From assembly GCF_006345805.1 (NCBI RefSeq), contig NC_043013.1, positions 23,932,001 to 23,996,000 on the forward strand: a DNA stretch of 64,000 nucleotides, written 5' to 3'. Shown one piece after another: positions 24,197 to 36,476 of this stretch. The notes beneath the pieces were generated by a model. It was given only the letters and a program-made list of their open reading frames with translations. It was not told the origin of the DNA and searched no databases. This stretch comes from Octopus sinensis. Taxonomy: Eukaryota. The position numbers and the translations under genes were made by a program. Each line of letters starts with the position of its first letter. Positions within the stretch are counted from its first letter, which is position 1.

Positions 24197-24504
24197 TTTA
24201 AGAAGTGCTGATAAATATATGACTATATAAGTAACCCTGATGAATATAGCATAGCACTGATGATTGTATCTATAAATAGCACATGATAAATATGACATTG
24301 GAACAGCATTGATAAATATGACAGCTTTTTAAATAGGAATGATAAATGTAACTGTATAATTAGAAGCTGTATAAACAGAGGTAGTATCTTGCATGTACAT
24401 TAATAATTGTAACAATTATGTAAATAATAATGTTGTCCCATTTTTAAGCTGGTAATTTTAACTATAAAGAGCAAGGATATCCCATATTTGTACTGAAAAA
24501 TATA

Positions 24505-27500
24505 GCTGAGAACCAGGCTGCTGGAGTTCTGTGATGCAAATGACTTGGTGACCTGCAACATTTGCTTCAGGAAACCAGCCAGCCCCCTGAACACCTGATC
24601 ACTCTGGTGAGCACATCAACCAGATTGAGTACATTCTTAGTTGGAAATGGGATAGAATGTAATGTCTATCCCAACATAGGCTGGTGGATAATAGCTTTAG
24701 ACTTAGAGCTGGAAGGATTCAGACACACAAACCAGTCGGGAAAAGCATATTTAGGGAAGCTTAAAAACCTATTAAACAGTTGGAAATTTAGAGAAGTGCT
24801 GGTTGAATTATTAGATGAAAAGTAAGAGAAGAAAGATATGTATAGTGTAGACAACAAGTGGAAGATCCTCAGGGACAACCTGCTGAGGTCTGTAGACCAA
24901 CTCTGTGGCTGGTGCAAAGTTCCAAACAGACAGAGTGTGATATGCTGGTGGAATAGTAAGGCAGACGAAACTGTAAAAGTCAAAGATAAGCTTGGAATAA
25001 TGGCTTCAGCAGAGAATTATATCAGGTAGCTAGAAGAGAAGCTAGGCGACAGGTTTAATTAGCGAAGGGAGATACAGAAGGTAAGAATTTTGTCAGTGTT
25101 CTACTGCATGAAGTATTTCAGATTGCAAAGCAGTGTACCAGAGGGAATGAAGATGTTGAGGGTGAGAAGTTTGTATGGATGGATGATGACACACTTGCAC
25201 TCTTCTGGTTCTGAAAAGAAAGAGGTTTGGAACTAATATTATGAAAGGATTTCAAATATAAAAAAATGCATGGGAGAAAGAGAGTTTTCCCAGCTCAACT
25301 GAGGGAGCTGCCTTTCTAGTGGACTATAGTCTGATAGATGAAACTTTTAGGGGTATTAAGGCAAGGAAATTACTGATACATCAAGAACTACTACTGAGAT
25401 ACTTAAAATATCTAGCGTTTACCTGTATAAGTTAATCAGGCAGTAAGTGAGGTGTTGTATCTAATGACTGGCATAGCAACATTATAGTCAATGGTTACAA
25501 GAGTAAAGGAGATGTCTTAGAGAGAAGTAACTACAAGAGTCTCAGTTGCTGGACCAGGTCACAGAAGTTGAGCTCATTTAATAATGTATGAGAATTTACC
25601 TAGATGAGATGCAGTTTGGTTTTCTGCCAGGCAGAAATCCTACTGGTGCTCTCTTTTATAGTAAGGCAACTGCAGCAGAAGTATATAGCTAAAAGTAAGC
25701 TGTTCTATTTGGCATTTGTTGACTTAGAGAAATCCTTCCTCCTTTCTGTGTGATCTGGTGGTCTCTGAGAATGTTTGGAGTAAATAAAGGACTTGTGAAA
25801 GTCATACAAACCATGCACAAAGGAACTGTGTGCAAGACAAGAATTAGCCATAAGTACTGCAATGAATTCGATATACGGGTAGGGGCCCACCAGAACTTGG
25901 TTCTCAGTCCTTGTCTATTGAAGTCATAACGAAGGAATTTAAGACTGGGTTTCCAGATTGTCTTAAACTCCTCTGTTTAAGGAGGAGTTTAAGGCCACAT
26001 ATTCTATTACAGATTCTTGTAGTGGAATCTGTAATAGAACCAGAAAAGAAATTCTAATTGTGGAACAAAACCGTAATGTAAAGTTAACTTAGCAAAGACT
26101 ATTTAGTAAGTAAGAAAACAGCCAGTACTCTACCCACTTCAAGAAAATGACTTTGCTTGATATGTAGAAAATGTGTAGCAGGAATTCTGTGTGGTGTCCA
26201 GTGCAAGCTATGGACACACAATAGATGCAATGGAATCTTAGGAAGGGTAACAGAGGAAATAGACCTTGCATGTGGCAGATGTGTAGGAGCAACAAACATT
26301 AACAACACATGAGAAATAGATTTTCTCAAATGATCTGGGGGAACCCTTGAAGTAGTAGATAGTTGCTGTTGCCTAATTAGCAGTTGAGGAGGATGCTCTG
26401 AAAGTATAGTTGTTAGAGAAAGAACAGCCTAGAAAAAGTTCAGAGTGTTATTTGGTACCTCTGTTGGTAACAAAAGGTTTCTCCCTCAAGGGAACAGCAG
26501 ACTGTATGATGCTTGTGCATGATCTGCTAGGCTACATGGTAGTGAGATATGGGCTCTGAGTATAGAGATTTTGTGAAGACTAGAAAGAATTGAAGCTAAT
26601 ATGCTCTGTTTGATGTGCAATATTAGAGCACATGAATGTTGGAATATACATGTGTTGAGAGAAAAACTGGCTGCGTAAAGTTATACCAGTCATTTGATGT
26701 GGATGGTATCTGTAGAAGAGGGAGACCGGTGAAGTCGTGAAATACAGTCTCTGGGTGCTGAACCTCAAAGAGGAGATGGCAAAGTGCAAAGGTAATTGGT
26801 GATACACTGTGCTCAAGAAAACACATCACAACAAAGCAGGCTTCTTCAGAGCATTATGTTTAGGATATACACGTCCACCCCACCCCCTTGCATCCAGTTT
26901 GTTCCTGTCTTCCACACCTTTTCATTTTCCTTGTCACTCATTGCTCCATCACTCTTCTAATTGCTGCTGTAATTAAGTGGGGACAGAGCTATACATTCTG
27001 CACGTTTCTGTGCTCTCAGTTATCTCTCTCCCTCTCTGTAGAACCACTTCCTTTTGACCATCATTCTCATTATTGTACCTTGCCACTTTTATTTTCCACA
27101 GATCACCCTTCTTTGCTACCAGTTACCTCTCCCTCTCCCCTGAATTACATTTTATTGACACCCATGCCCCATTTTAACTCCCAACTTCCTTTGTTTGCCA
27201 CTTACTATGTTTACCTCTGTCTACCTCTGACCTTATCTCTGTCACTCTCTCTTTCATACAACTCTTATCTACCCCCCACTCAGTTGTCATCCCCTTATCT
27301 CTCATCTGCCTGCAGTTTTTTTTTATTATTCTGCTGCCCTTCACCTTTTCCTTTACTGCCTCTCATTTCCTCTTCCTCTACACTGAGTCACATTCATTTC
27401 TTATCACCTTCCCCTCCAACTCATATTTATTATCAGCCATGCCTCATGTTGACCATTCACCTCTACCCCTTTCTCTCACCACCTCTCACTCTTCTCCCAT

Positions 27501-27850
27501 GCTCTTGCAAAATTTACCTACTCATCCTTCCTGATATTCTGTCTCCACTCTCTCTGCTCCCTTTCAGGGTATGGCCTTACACCTCATCACCCCCCATCTT
27601 TATCTCTCTTTGCAGTCCCACTCTCCCTTCCATAATGTCGGGTAGCCTCAACAGCAAGATACCTGTTCCTACCCAGTATCATAGTTTAGCCTCTGCTGTG
27701 CTGCCACTCAGTTGAGGGATTTTTTGATGTAGTGAGTTACATGGCACCATCATTAGGGCTGGTGCTGTGGAGAAACTGCCTAGTACACTCTGTAAAGTAG
27801 TTGGCATTAGGAATAGCTTTCAGCTGTAAGGAATGATGGAAGTAGCACTG
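24505..27850 (+). mobile_element. Old RTE-clade LINE (APE end, RT with PHD-like insert, long pyrimidine-rich 3'UTR, decayed tail)
   Basis: Collinear with 1-1673. Decayed LLEFCDAND, DEMQFGF.PGR, LAFVDLEK, GAHQ..VLSP and VNLAKT motifs with many stops. Tail remnant TTGGCATTAGGAATAGCTTTCAGCTGTAA at about 27800-27830. Confidence 0.85.
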
Positions 27851-28744
27851 ATATCCTCTACATAAACCTATAACTATTATTGTATAAATAGCAGTGATAT
27901 TCTATTCTTTCATACTTGCAGGCAGATATTTTCTTTGAGATAAAATATTTCTTTGCACTAAAGAGAGTAGTCTATGGAATTTCTTGCAGGTAGTATTGGA
28001 GATGGTGACACTGTCTGTAATAAATAGATTATATGGAAGTAAATTAGAAGTAAATAAGTGTATTTTACATTCTTACAATTGTAGCTTCATAGCTGAAGAG
28101 CTTATTATCCAGCTTAACTAGATAAAAAAAAATTTCCAACTATGAATGTTCCTAATGTTTGGCCAGGAATTTTTTTCCAGTTGTAATGATAGAATCTTTA
28201 TTATCAAGATATGATCCTTGCTAGTAACAACCAGTCTTACTCTTTTCTTACCATATTTCTGTTGAGATACTCTCTGTTTCTTTCAATTAATTTTAAATAT
28301 AACAAAGAGTTTAGTAAACTAACTTAGTTATCATTAAGCTAGTGTTAGGAACATAAGTTGTGACTAAGGTTTTGGGGGAAGATATTAATTCAGAACTTTT
28401 GAAAACAACACAGAGCCAGAGGCAGTTTCAGGTGAGTTGGTATCAAAAGGGTTAAGTTGCTTTCTTCATTATTCCAGAATGTTTTGTATGTCTATAAATC
28501 TTCAATGTTTCTATAGATGGTGCTTTTTCTGTTATTAAATATCAAAACAATTTTGTAAATTGAACCATCTTAAAATTTAAAGATGTGTTTTAAGATTGAA
28601 GTTTAATTATTAAATAAAACAACTACACAATACTTAATTGGAAGAAAGAAAAATCTTTATGTTGGAAAATTTTCTTGAATTCTTTAAAATTGTGTCTACA
28701 TCCAAATAAACTAAAACTACATCATCGTTACCCCCCTCTCCCCA

Positions 28745-29340
28745 TCATCATTATTATCATCTTTTTAATGCTATACACTTCTTGGTCCTATATCATCTTA
28801 TACGTGAAACATCCTGAGATCTGACTTTGCCACTACACCTCCCATTTCTGTACATGACACATGTTTCACCTCGTACCCATTTATCCATTTGTCTTTCCCA
28901 TACCAATGCAATTGTCTCTCCTGCCTATACAGCTGATGTTCTTAATAACTAGTTGCTCTCTCAGCTCCTTTCTACTCCCTACTCAGCTAACTTTCAGCTG
29001 GCCTTAACGAGCCACAATTAGTGCTGATATGTTACACTGCCCTATGTCACACCCACCCAACACAACATATTTTCACATAACTTCATATTGTCTGTCTTTT
29101 TTTCAAGAAAAGAAAAACTCTTTCTTACCAACATGTAGTTGCCTTTTTAACTGGTTCCATCTCTTTTCTTGGAGCGTCTCTATACAACCATTTCCAGTTC
29201 TAATTAGATTTCCTACACATCAAACCTCTCTGCAACCAGTGAGTTGTTATAGCAGCTCATAAGCATTCTCTTTTCAGTGCTCTTACTTTTAACTCTTCTT
29301 GTGTGTGTAGTATGCTCCAGATCCTCCTCATCGTTGTTGG
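28745..29340 (-). mobile_element. Very old RTE fragment
   Basis: CATCATCATTATTATCATC tail at 28743 and weak minus-strand similarity to the RT C-terminal region near 29130-29230. Confidence 0.35.
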
Positions 29341-30688
29341 TTTATCATCATTATTATCATTTGTAAGGGAAGGGAGTTCCCATGACCTTGGGTAGATTTG
29401 ACTTATTGGTATTCAGTTTGAACTTTTTTGGGGGCAGGGAGTGAGTTCCAATGAGAGTAAGTTGGTATAACAAACAACAACAACAACAAGGAAGAGGTGT
29501 ACTGATGGCACTTGAGCAGTTTCCCCGTTCACATAAACGAAAGCCTTTCTTGAAGTAATGGAGAGGACCCCTGCATGAATCGTTATCAATAAATCTGTTT
29601 ATTTCATTTTGGAATTGAGCTTGCAATGTTTGGTGGGGTGAGTTTGGCCATTCCCCTGTGCACTGTATTCTTGTGAGGGTCACACTTCACCTTTGTAGAC
29701 ATGGTCAGTAAGTGATGAAAGCAAAAGTCTTGTGGGCTCTGCTTTTGTTAGCATCATTTATTTGTGATTACCATAAGATTTCCATCTAAGAGAATGAATT
29801 GTTTATAGCTACTTTCAGAATTTTGACATTGAATAAAAAAAAGTAGGTTGTAGTGATTTGAAGGAGATGTGGCTACTGTTTCTAACAAGTCAATTGACCA
29901 TGTAGAGGCACATTAGTAATTTTGTTTGGTGTTACTAAAAGAGAGGGAAACATCCTCTAATGTTGCCAAATTTACATTGCATTATATTTTCAAAGTTTTT
30001 TGTTCATACAAGCCTTGAAAAGTTGGATAATATTTGCTGGAATGTGTTTTGTTAGACCTTTACTGCTTGAGAATAAAGGTGGTAAACATTCCTCAGGACA
30101 TCCACTCCTTGAATTATTACTTTATTATTGCTTTAAAGGGAGTAAGGTTAGAGCCCTTACTTAAATTCTTCATTGAATTTTCTAACAATCATTGCTTTGC
30201 TCATTTTATTCATCAAACTACTCTTGCAAGCTTGTTGCTTCTATCTTTCACTTGTTGGCTTGGAAGTTTCCTCCACGCATCAACAGGGCTCTCTTCACTC
30301 CATATTCTATCAACTCTGATGGCCTCAAAACTTGATTATTTCTTTCATTCACTTCCTTCTTTATATCAAAGACAGGGTCTTTTTTTTTTTTTTACTTGTA
30401 ACTAAATGTTCTCTTTCATAAAGTATACTGTACTATTTATGCACAAATAACTTCTATGATAGAAATTTCAAAAACAATTTTGCTATTAAAACATATCAAA
30501 GGAAAGCAGATCCCTGTGTTCTATCAGAAACTACACAAGTAAATCTTTTGCAGTCTCTACAAAAGCTCAGCATCACAAACACTTACGATCCTCAGAGGTA
30601 AATGTGTGTGTGCGCGTGTGTGTGTAACACACAATTGCATCACAAAAGCTAACACATTTGAATTACTTCGAAATAAAAGTGTAACCTA

Positions 30689-31599
30689 CGAGGTGGTATC
30701 TAATAGTTCCTGGACTAGCTCTGTAGAACATCAACAGATGGCAGCACATGGCTGTGTCCGCAGTGAGTGCTACCAGTGACCTTCATGAGGCATTATGCCG
30801 AGTGACATCGCTGTGTTTACTTCACAGGTTGTGAAATTTGTATTTTTGTGATCACGTGAATGCTGTAGTCTGTGATTTTTGTCATGGACAGCAAGTTGGA
30901 ACAAAGAGCCAACTTGAAATGTTGCTTTCAACTTGGAAAGTCTGCCACAGAGACATTGAACATTCTTCAGTAAGCTGATGGTGATGAGGCAATGGGTTGT
31001 ATGCAATGTTTTGAGTGGCCTGGGCACTTCTAAAGCAGAAGAATGTCTCTGGAAGACGATTAGTGATCTGTGAGAGCTGCCACAAGTGTCACCTCCAGAA
31101 ATGTGGAGAAAATTCATCCACTTGTGCATGAGGATCATTGGAGGACAATCCACGACATTGCTGATGTTGTTGGTCTGTCGTATGGGTCCATGCAGACAAT
31201 CCTAATGTCTGGTTTCTTCACAATGAAAATGCACCCTGTCACTGAGCTCTCCTCATTCATAAGTTTCTTGCCAAAAACAACATGGTATTGCTTCCGCACC
31301 TGCCCTGTCTGTGAGATTTAGCACCTGTGGATTTCCATCTCTTCCCCAAGATGAGAATACAGCTCAAAGGCTGCCATTTTAACAACGTTGTTGAAATACA
31401 GAGCAAATCACTGAAGGTCCTCGACTCGCTTACGGAAAACAACTTCTAGGCTGGATTCTAAAAGTGGCAGGAATACTGGGACCTGTGTATTGTTGCACAA
31501 GGTGACTATTTCAAAGAAATTATGTTAAAACTTAAATTTTAAAAAAAAGTTATTTTTTATTAAACATAACTAGTCCAAGAATCTTTTGATACCACCTTG
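30689..31599 (+). mobile_element. Mariner (Tc1/mariner, D,D34D type) with internal deletion, inactive
   Basis: 30-bp TIRs (24/30 matched by eye) with TA on both sides. Transposase remnants EQRANLKCCFQLGKSATET, HDIADVVGLSYGS, FLHNENAPCH and DLAPVDFHLFPK, with stops. Confidence 0.9.
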
Positions 31600-34009
31600 T
31601 ACATTGAAATATGCACATGTCTTGGATAGTTCATCTGCTGCACATGAAATAATAAAAAAAGCCTTTCATCTAATTAGCCAAGATTCAATCAACAATGTGC
31701 TAAAGCTACTTGCTCATTGGCATTGTTTCCCTGCTGTCTCTGTTACTACTAATACTAGTGTGTCTGCTCCTCTAAACTAGTAAACTTTCATATTATCCCT
31801 GTCCAAATACACCTGATGCACCTATTTTTTCTCCCTCCCTCAAATCCTGTATTAATTGCATTAATGTCTCCAGTTCAAAAACGTACACAAAAGGCTGTTG
31901 GTACGTATTACTACCTCTTTGTTGGACTAAAGAATTTCAACTGCCATAAACATCATACCTTTTACACATACTGCCATACCGCCTGCATTGGGTACATTTC
32001 TTCCATACGTACCCATTTGAGTCACCTTTAGTTGCCCAATCATCCCTCTGCTGCTATTTCTACCCTAAGAACTGTGTCATCTAGATAACAGATGTTATCT
32101 GGTTTCTCCAGGGGGGCGCCAAGCAGTCAATTTAGAATCTAAAACTAAACACACACACACACACACACAGAGGTTGGAGTTAACATTCTGCTCAATGGGT
32201 TCTACTCTAGAAATAACTTATCATCACAGAAAGATAGTTCTGTGTGCTTTTCAAAAGGGAATTTTTTTCAAAATCAGTAAATAAAAAACATTCCTTCACA
32301 CAATATCCTTTTTAGATTGCAAGTTTTAGTTTCTGACCTTATAATAAGCTTTTTAAGTTTTTAAGGAAAATGTTTTTGTCGTTAAGGGATCATCGTTGTT
32401 TTCTTTGATTATAGAAGAAAAATCATATTAAATATGAAATATTTTTGTATCTCAAATTCCTCTCCTCTTCCCAGGGATGAGATTTTTGGGTAAAATGTTT
32501 ACAAGATAGCTGCTATAAATAGAGCACAATGTTTACCATGACATCTGAAATATAAAGTATGCTAGGCTGTGCATTAAATGCTGAATATAGGTCAGTGATT
32601 GGGCAGTTCCTGTTTATGTTATATTGCGATTTGTTAATGGAAAATAATGTGTTTACACAATGATCATCTTCAAGTTTCAGCAGAGAGTTTTAATTAGGAA
32701 ACATCTTTCAAAAATGTTTCTCTTTGCTTAGGCTGATAACGAGTCCCCTATTTTATATTGATAATATCTGTGTTAGTTTATTATTTTGTACTTTTGCACA
32801 CATAACTAGGGGAGGGTTTTATGGGTCTCAGTAGAGAGAGAGAGAGACCTATAAGTCGCTGTTGCTGAATGTGAAATTCTAATTTATTAACCTTTTATTT
32901 AACCTTTTAGGTGAGTAGGTCATGTATGGAATTCATACCTTGCTCTTGATTCTTTGTAGATTCAGTTCCACATTCTAAAATATAACAGAAATGCTTAAAC
33001 ATTGCATTTCCTAATTAATTCTATGGTTGTGTGACTAATTGGCAAATATTTATATTGATATATCAAATCTTTTGGATATCTATGTCTGTGTAGCAACACA
33101 TTACAAGGAAAAAATTCAAACTACCAAGTATATCGTTTGATTTGTGCTTGTAAAGGAATGATAAAAAAATTACCTTATAATAAATAAGTCTTCTGATTAT
33201 TTAGTTTTACTCTTCTGTGTTCTGAATTTAAATTCATTGGCATTTGGCTGTGCCTTGAATGTCTTTGATGGATTCTATTCACTTAACAGCTCACTAATCT
33301 GTTCTAGAGAAAATGATGTAGTTATTCATATGTTCATAACACAGCTTGAAGGAAGAAGGAAAATTTAGAAGTGAGTCTAGACAGCAAAGGACTATCAGAA
33401 GAGCTGTTATGTATAGTTTTCTATATCATTCAAACTTTTAGAGTGAGAAAAATAATATTTGTTCATTGTAAAACATGATTGAATAAGTTTTGTTAAATGT
33501 TTTGGACTTTAAAGAAATTTGATATAAGTTTTGGCTACAAACGACCTCAGACTTCTTTTTAAGTTAAAAGCTATAGATTTTCTATAGAATTCTGAGCCAG
33601 CACTATGAGTTATGACATTTTCTAATTAACCTTGCTACTAATTAACATTTAAAACACAGTATTTGCCTTGTAAGCCTTTAATATACTTGGTAGTATCTTG
33701 GCCTTGTGCTAAAAATCGAAACTGATATACCTGTGGTTGCAAAACGAAATACTGTGTCCTTGCTAGTAGTTAAGTTTAACTTATCATTATACAAATTCTA
33801 TTTTTCAATGTTGCATCATTTCAAAAGATCCCTACTCCAACCAGGAACTTTGGTAATTCTTGTGAAATAATATATACATGATAATGTTTTATATTTATCT
33901 CTAAGGAAAATTATACACATACATTTTCTTTTATAAGTGTCTGGCAGAATTGTTAACAAGCCAAACAAAATGCCACTAAATATTTTGTCTGTCTTTCCCT
34001 TCTGGGTTA

Positions 34010-34135
34010 TGATTCTACCAAGGTCGACTTTGCCTTTCATACTTTTGGGGTTGACAAAGTAAGTACCAGTTTAACATTAGGGTTGATGTAATCAATTAGC
34101 CCCCATCCCCCAAATTTCAAGTCTTGTGCCTTGTT
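34010..34135 (+). mobile_element. 5'-truncated type B SINE
   Basis: AGGTCGACTTTGCCTTTCATACTTTTGGGGTTGACAAAGTAAGTACCAG...GATGTAATCAATT. Another fragment at about 37780-37860. Confidence 0.6.
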
Positions 34136-34489
34136 ACCACATTTAATTACTCATTGATATGTTTCTAGTAAACTGAGTTATACCACTTTCCGATTTTCTG
34201 TATCTTTTCTGCTATTTTATAATAAAGATTGCTTTTTATTGAGTTTAAGGAGATATTCATTGAGTTTGGGGTTATTTCTACTGAATCATCTGCACAACTA
34301 ATAATAATAATAATGTTTCTATGGTGACCATTGTTATTGATCACATCAGACAAGAAGACAGGAATTGAAATTTACAGATCCTTCACTAGCTAATCATCCA
34401 TAACATTTTGTCCTAATATATATTTGAAATTGTCACTTTGAAAAATTGTGTAAAATTTTTTAGATATAGTTTTCTAGTAAACATTTATG

Positions 34490-34717
34490 GTAGAAAACAA
34501 GTAAGGAGTCAATATCCTTCATCATCATTACTACAAGAACTGGAGACTGTTTTAGCTGAAGAATGGACAAAAATTCCTTTGCAAACAATTCAAACTTTGT
34601 ACAAGTCCATACCTCATAGAATTCAAGTTGTAATTACTGCCAAAGGCAGTCCTACCCCATATTAAAATAAATTTGTTTGAAATTTTAAGGTGTTTCCATT
34701 ATTTTGTCCAACCCCTG
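34490..34717 (+). mobile_element. Tc1-family right end
   Basis: LQELETVLAEEWTKIPLQTIQTLYKSIPHRIQVVITAKGSPTPY* (typical Tc1 transposase C-terminus), then TIR ...TTATTTTGTCCAACCCCTG|TA. Left end not found. Confidence 0.7.
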
Positions 34718-35226
34718 TACTTCCTCGTTATGATCCACATAGATTGTCTCTTCCAAAGTATGGAAGTTTTGTGATAAAGAATTTTCATCTTTTGAGCTGT
34801 AAGCAATTTAATTACACTGGGCTGACAAAGTAACTGATACTTCTTTAGCTCTTACAAGCAATTTTGATAAAATGTTAATAGTTGTTTGCTGATAATCTGT
34901 CAACTTTCTTGTAGACTTTCTTAACTTACCCAAATGAAATTCTCTCTCTTGTTGTTATGTTGTTATCTGCAGTCGGTTTGTCACAACTATGACTGTTTAT
35001 GGCTTTGGTGTGGCTTGATTAGCTTTCTCCATACTGGTTGGTTTCATATTTGAATTTACCATTTCTTATGATCCATTCTTTCTCACTCCGTATTCCTTTT
35101 TACAGTAACTTTATCAATGAGGATTTCCATCACAGAAAATACATTTTTGATTTAGCATTTGCAATCAATTCCAGCAGAAACCCAAAGTATATTCTTAGGA
35201 CTGAAGTTGAATTATTAAGCTGTAAT

Positions 35227-35692
35227 TCATCATCACCATTGTCGTTTAATGTCTGCTTTCTATACTGGCATGGGTTGGACGGGTTGACATGAAGCTGGCA
35301 AGGACGGGAGCTGTCCAGACTACAATTGTCTGTTGTGGCATGGTTTCTACAGCTGGATGCCCTTCCTAATGCCAACCACTTAACAATGTGCTGGGTGCTT
35401 TTTACATGCCACCAGCACTGGTGAATTTACACAGCACCAGCACAGGTCGTCCCTTGTCATTTCCTCAGTGAGACCCAGTGTCCGAAGATCCTTTCTCACC
35501 ACCTCATCCCACATCTTCCTGAGTCTATCCCTTCCTCAGCTACACCCCACAATTAGAGCTCACCACTTCTTTATGCAGCTGTCCTCAACCATCCGCATCT
35601 CATGACCAAACCAGCACAGTCGCCTTCTCTCTTGCGCACAACATCTCATGCCTCTTGTACCCAGTTTTCCTCTTAAATCATTTACACTCTTA
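35227..35692 (-). mobile_element. RTE 3' fragment (ORF2 C-terminus, short 3'UTR, tail)
   Basis: Reverse complement aligns to about 1385-1630 and to the conserved tail. Confidence 0.85.
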
Positions 35693-35747
35693 AGTGTAAA
35701 TGGTTTTAACTTGTAATTAGTTTTCATATTTAACATTGTCAGTTGAT

Positions 35748-35781
<34 letters not shown>

Positions 35782-36228
35782 TGCTTGGTGTCTTTGATTT
35801 TACCAATCACAATAACCTACCCCCGATACAAACTTAATGCAGACTAAATTGCTGAATTCACTTGTAACTGATAACAAATAATTATCATCATTGTAATGCA
35901 ATTGTTAAAATTTTTATTGTACTTCTAGATGATATTGCAAATAGATAAACATTCTTTTTTTTTTGTTAATTATTAAACTAGCATTAAAGTTCACTTGAAA
36001 GCATTCAAATATCAATTGTTATGATGGCAACTTTAAAACTAACTTCTCTTAATTGGAAATAATTATGTTAATGATGTCACAATCCTATTCTAAGTTGAAT
36101 TATTTCTATTTAATTTTTTCAACTTTATGATTTATTGATATAATTTTTAACACAGACATACACATGTGTACAAACGCCCACAGGTGCACACTTATTTATT
36201 CATTTATTTATGTTTTTTAATATTTCAG

Positions 36229-36476
36229 CTTGCCAGAAAATTGTTCAGACCAGGTATCCCCAAATTTTAGCATCTGTAAGTGCAGCTGCTGCTGGTACCT
36301 CTACCACTTCAACGTCTGCTTCCACATTACCAAGCACACCTAATCATTCACAAAGGACTTACTTTCAATCGAAACCTTATGATAGCCACAGTACTAGCAG
36401 CCAGTCAACCTCCAGTTCGGGGACACTGGTCACCACTACTGGTACACCAAACAGCAGTGCTCATAGTTTAGCACAA
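36229..36476 (+). CDS. AGAP1: AGAP1/3 family exon, end of GLD and Ser/Thr-rich linker, 248 nt, phase 1-0
   Basis: TATTTCAG acceptor and CAA/GTAAGT donor. (A)CQKIVQTR matches AGAP xAQKIVxxR. In frame with the 135-nt exon; contains LPSTPNHS. Confidence 0.9.

Noticed and set aside
26888-27715. 275-aa ORF
   Set aside because: Leu/Ser/Pro/Phe bias from a polypyrimidine tract that lacks stop codons; not a protein.
29357-29683. 108-aa minus-strand ORF with RT-like FKKGFR..RG
   Set aside because: A single short motif is insufficient to assign. It could be a decayed non-LTR fragment.
32104-32121. CTCF-like motif CTCCAGGGGGGCGCCA
   Set aside because: One G too many for the consensus spacing and a poor 5' half. 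A single motif match has little predictive value.
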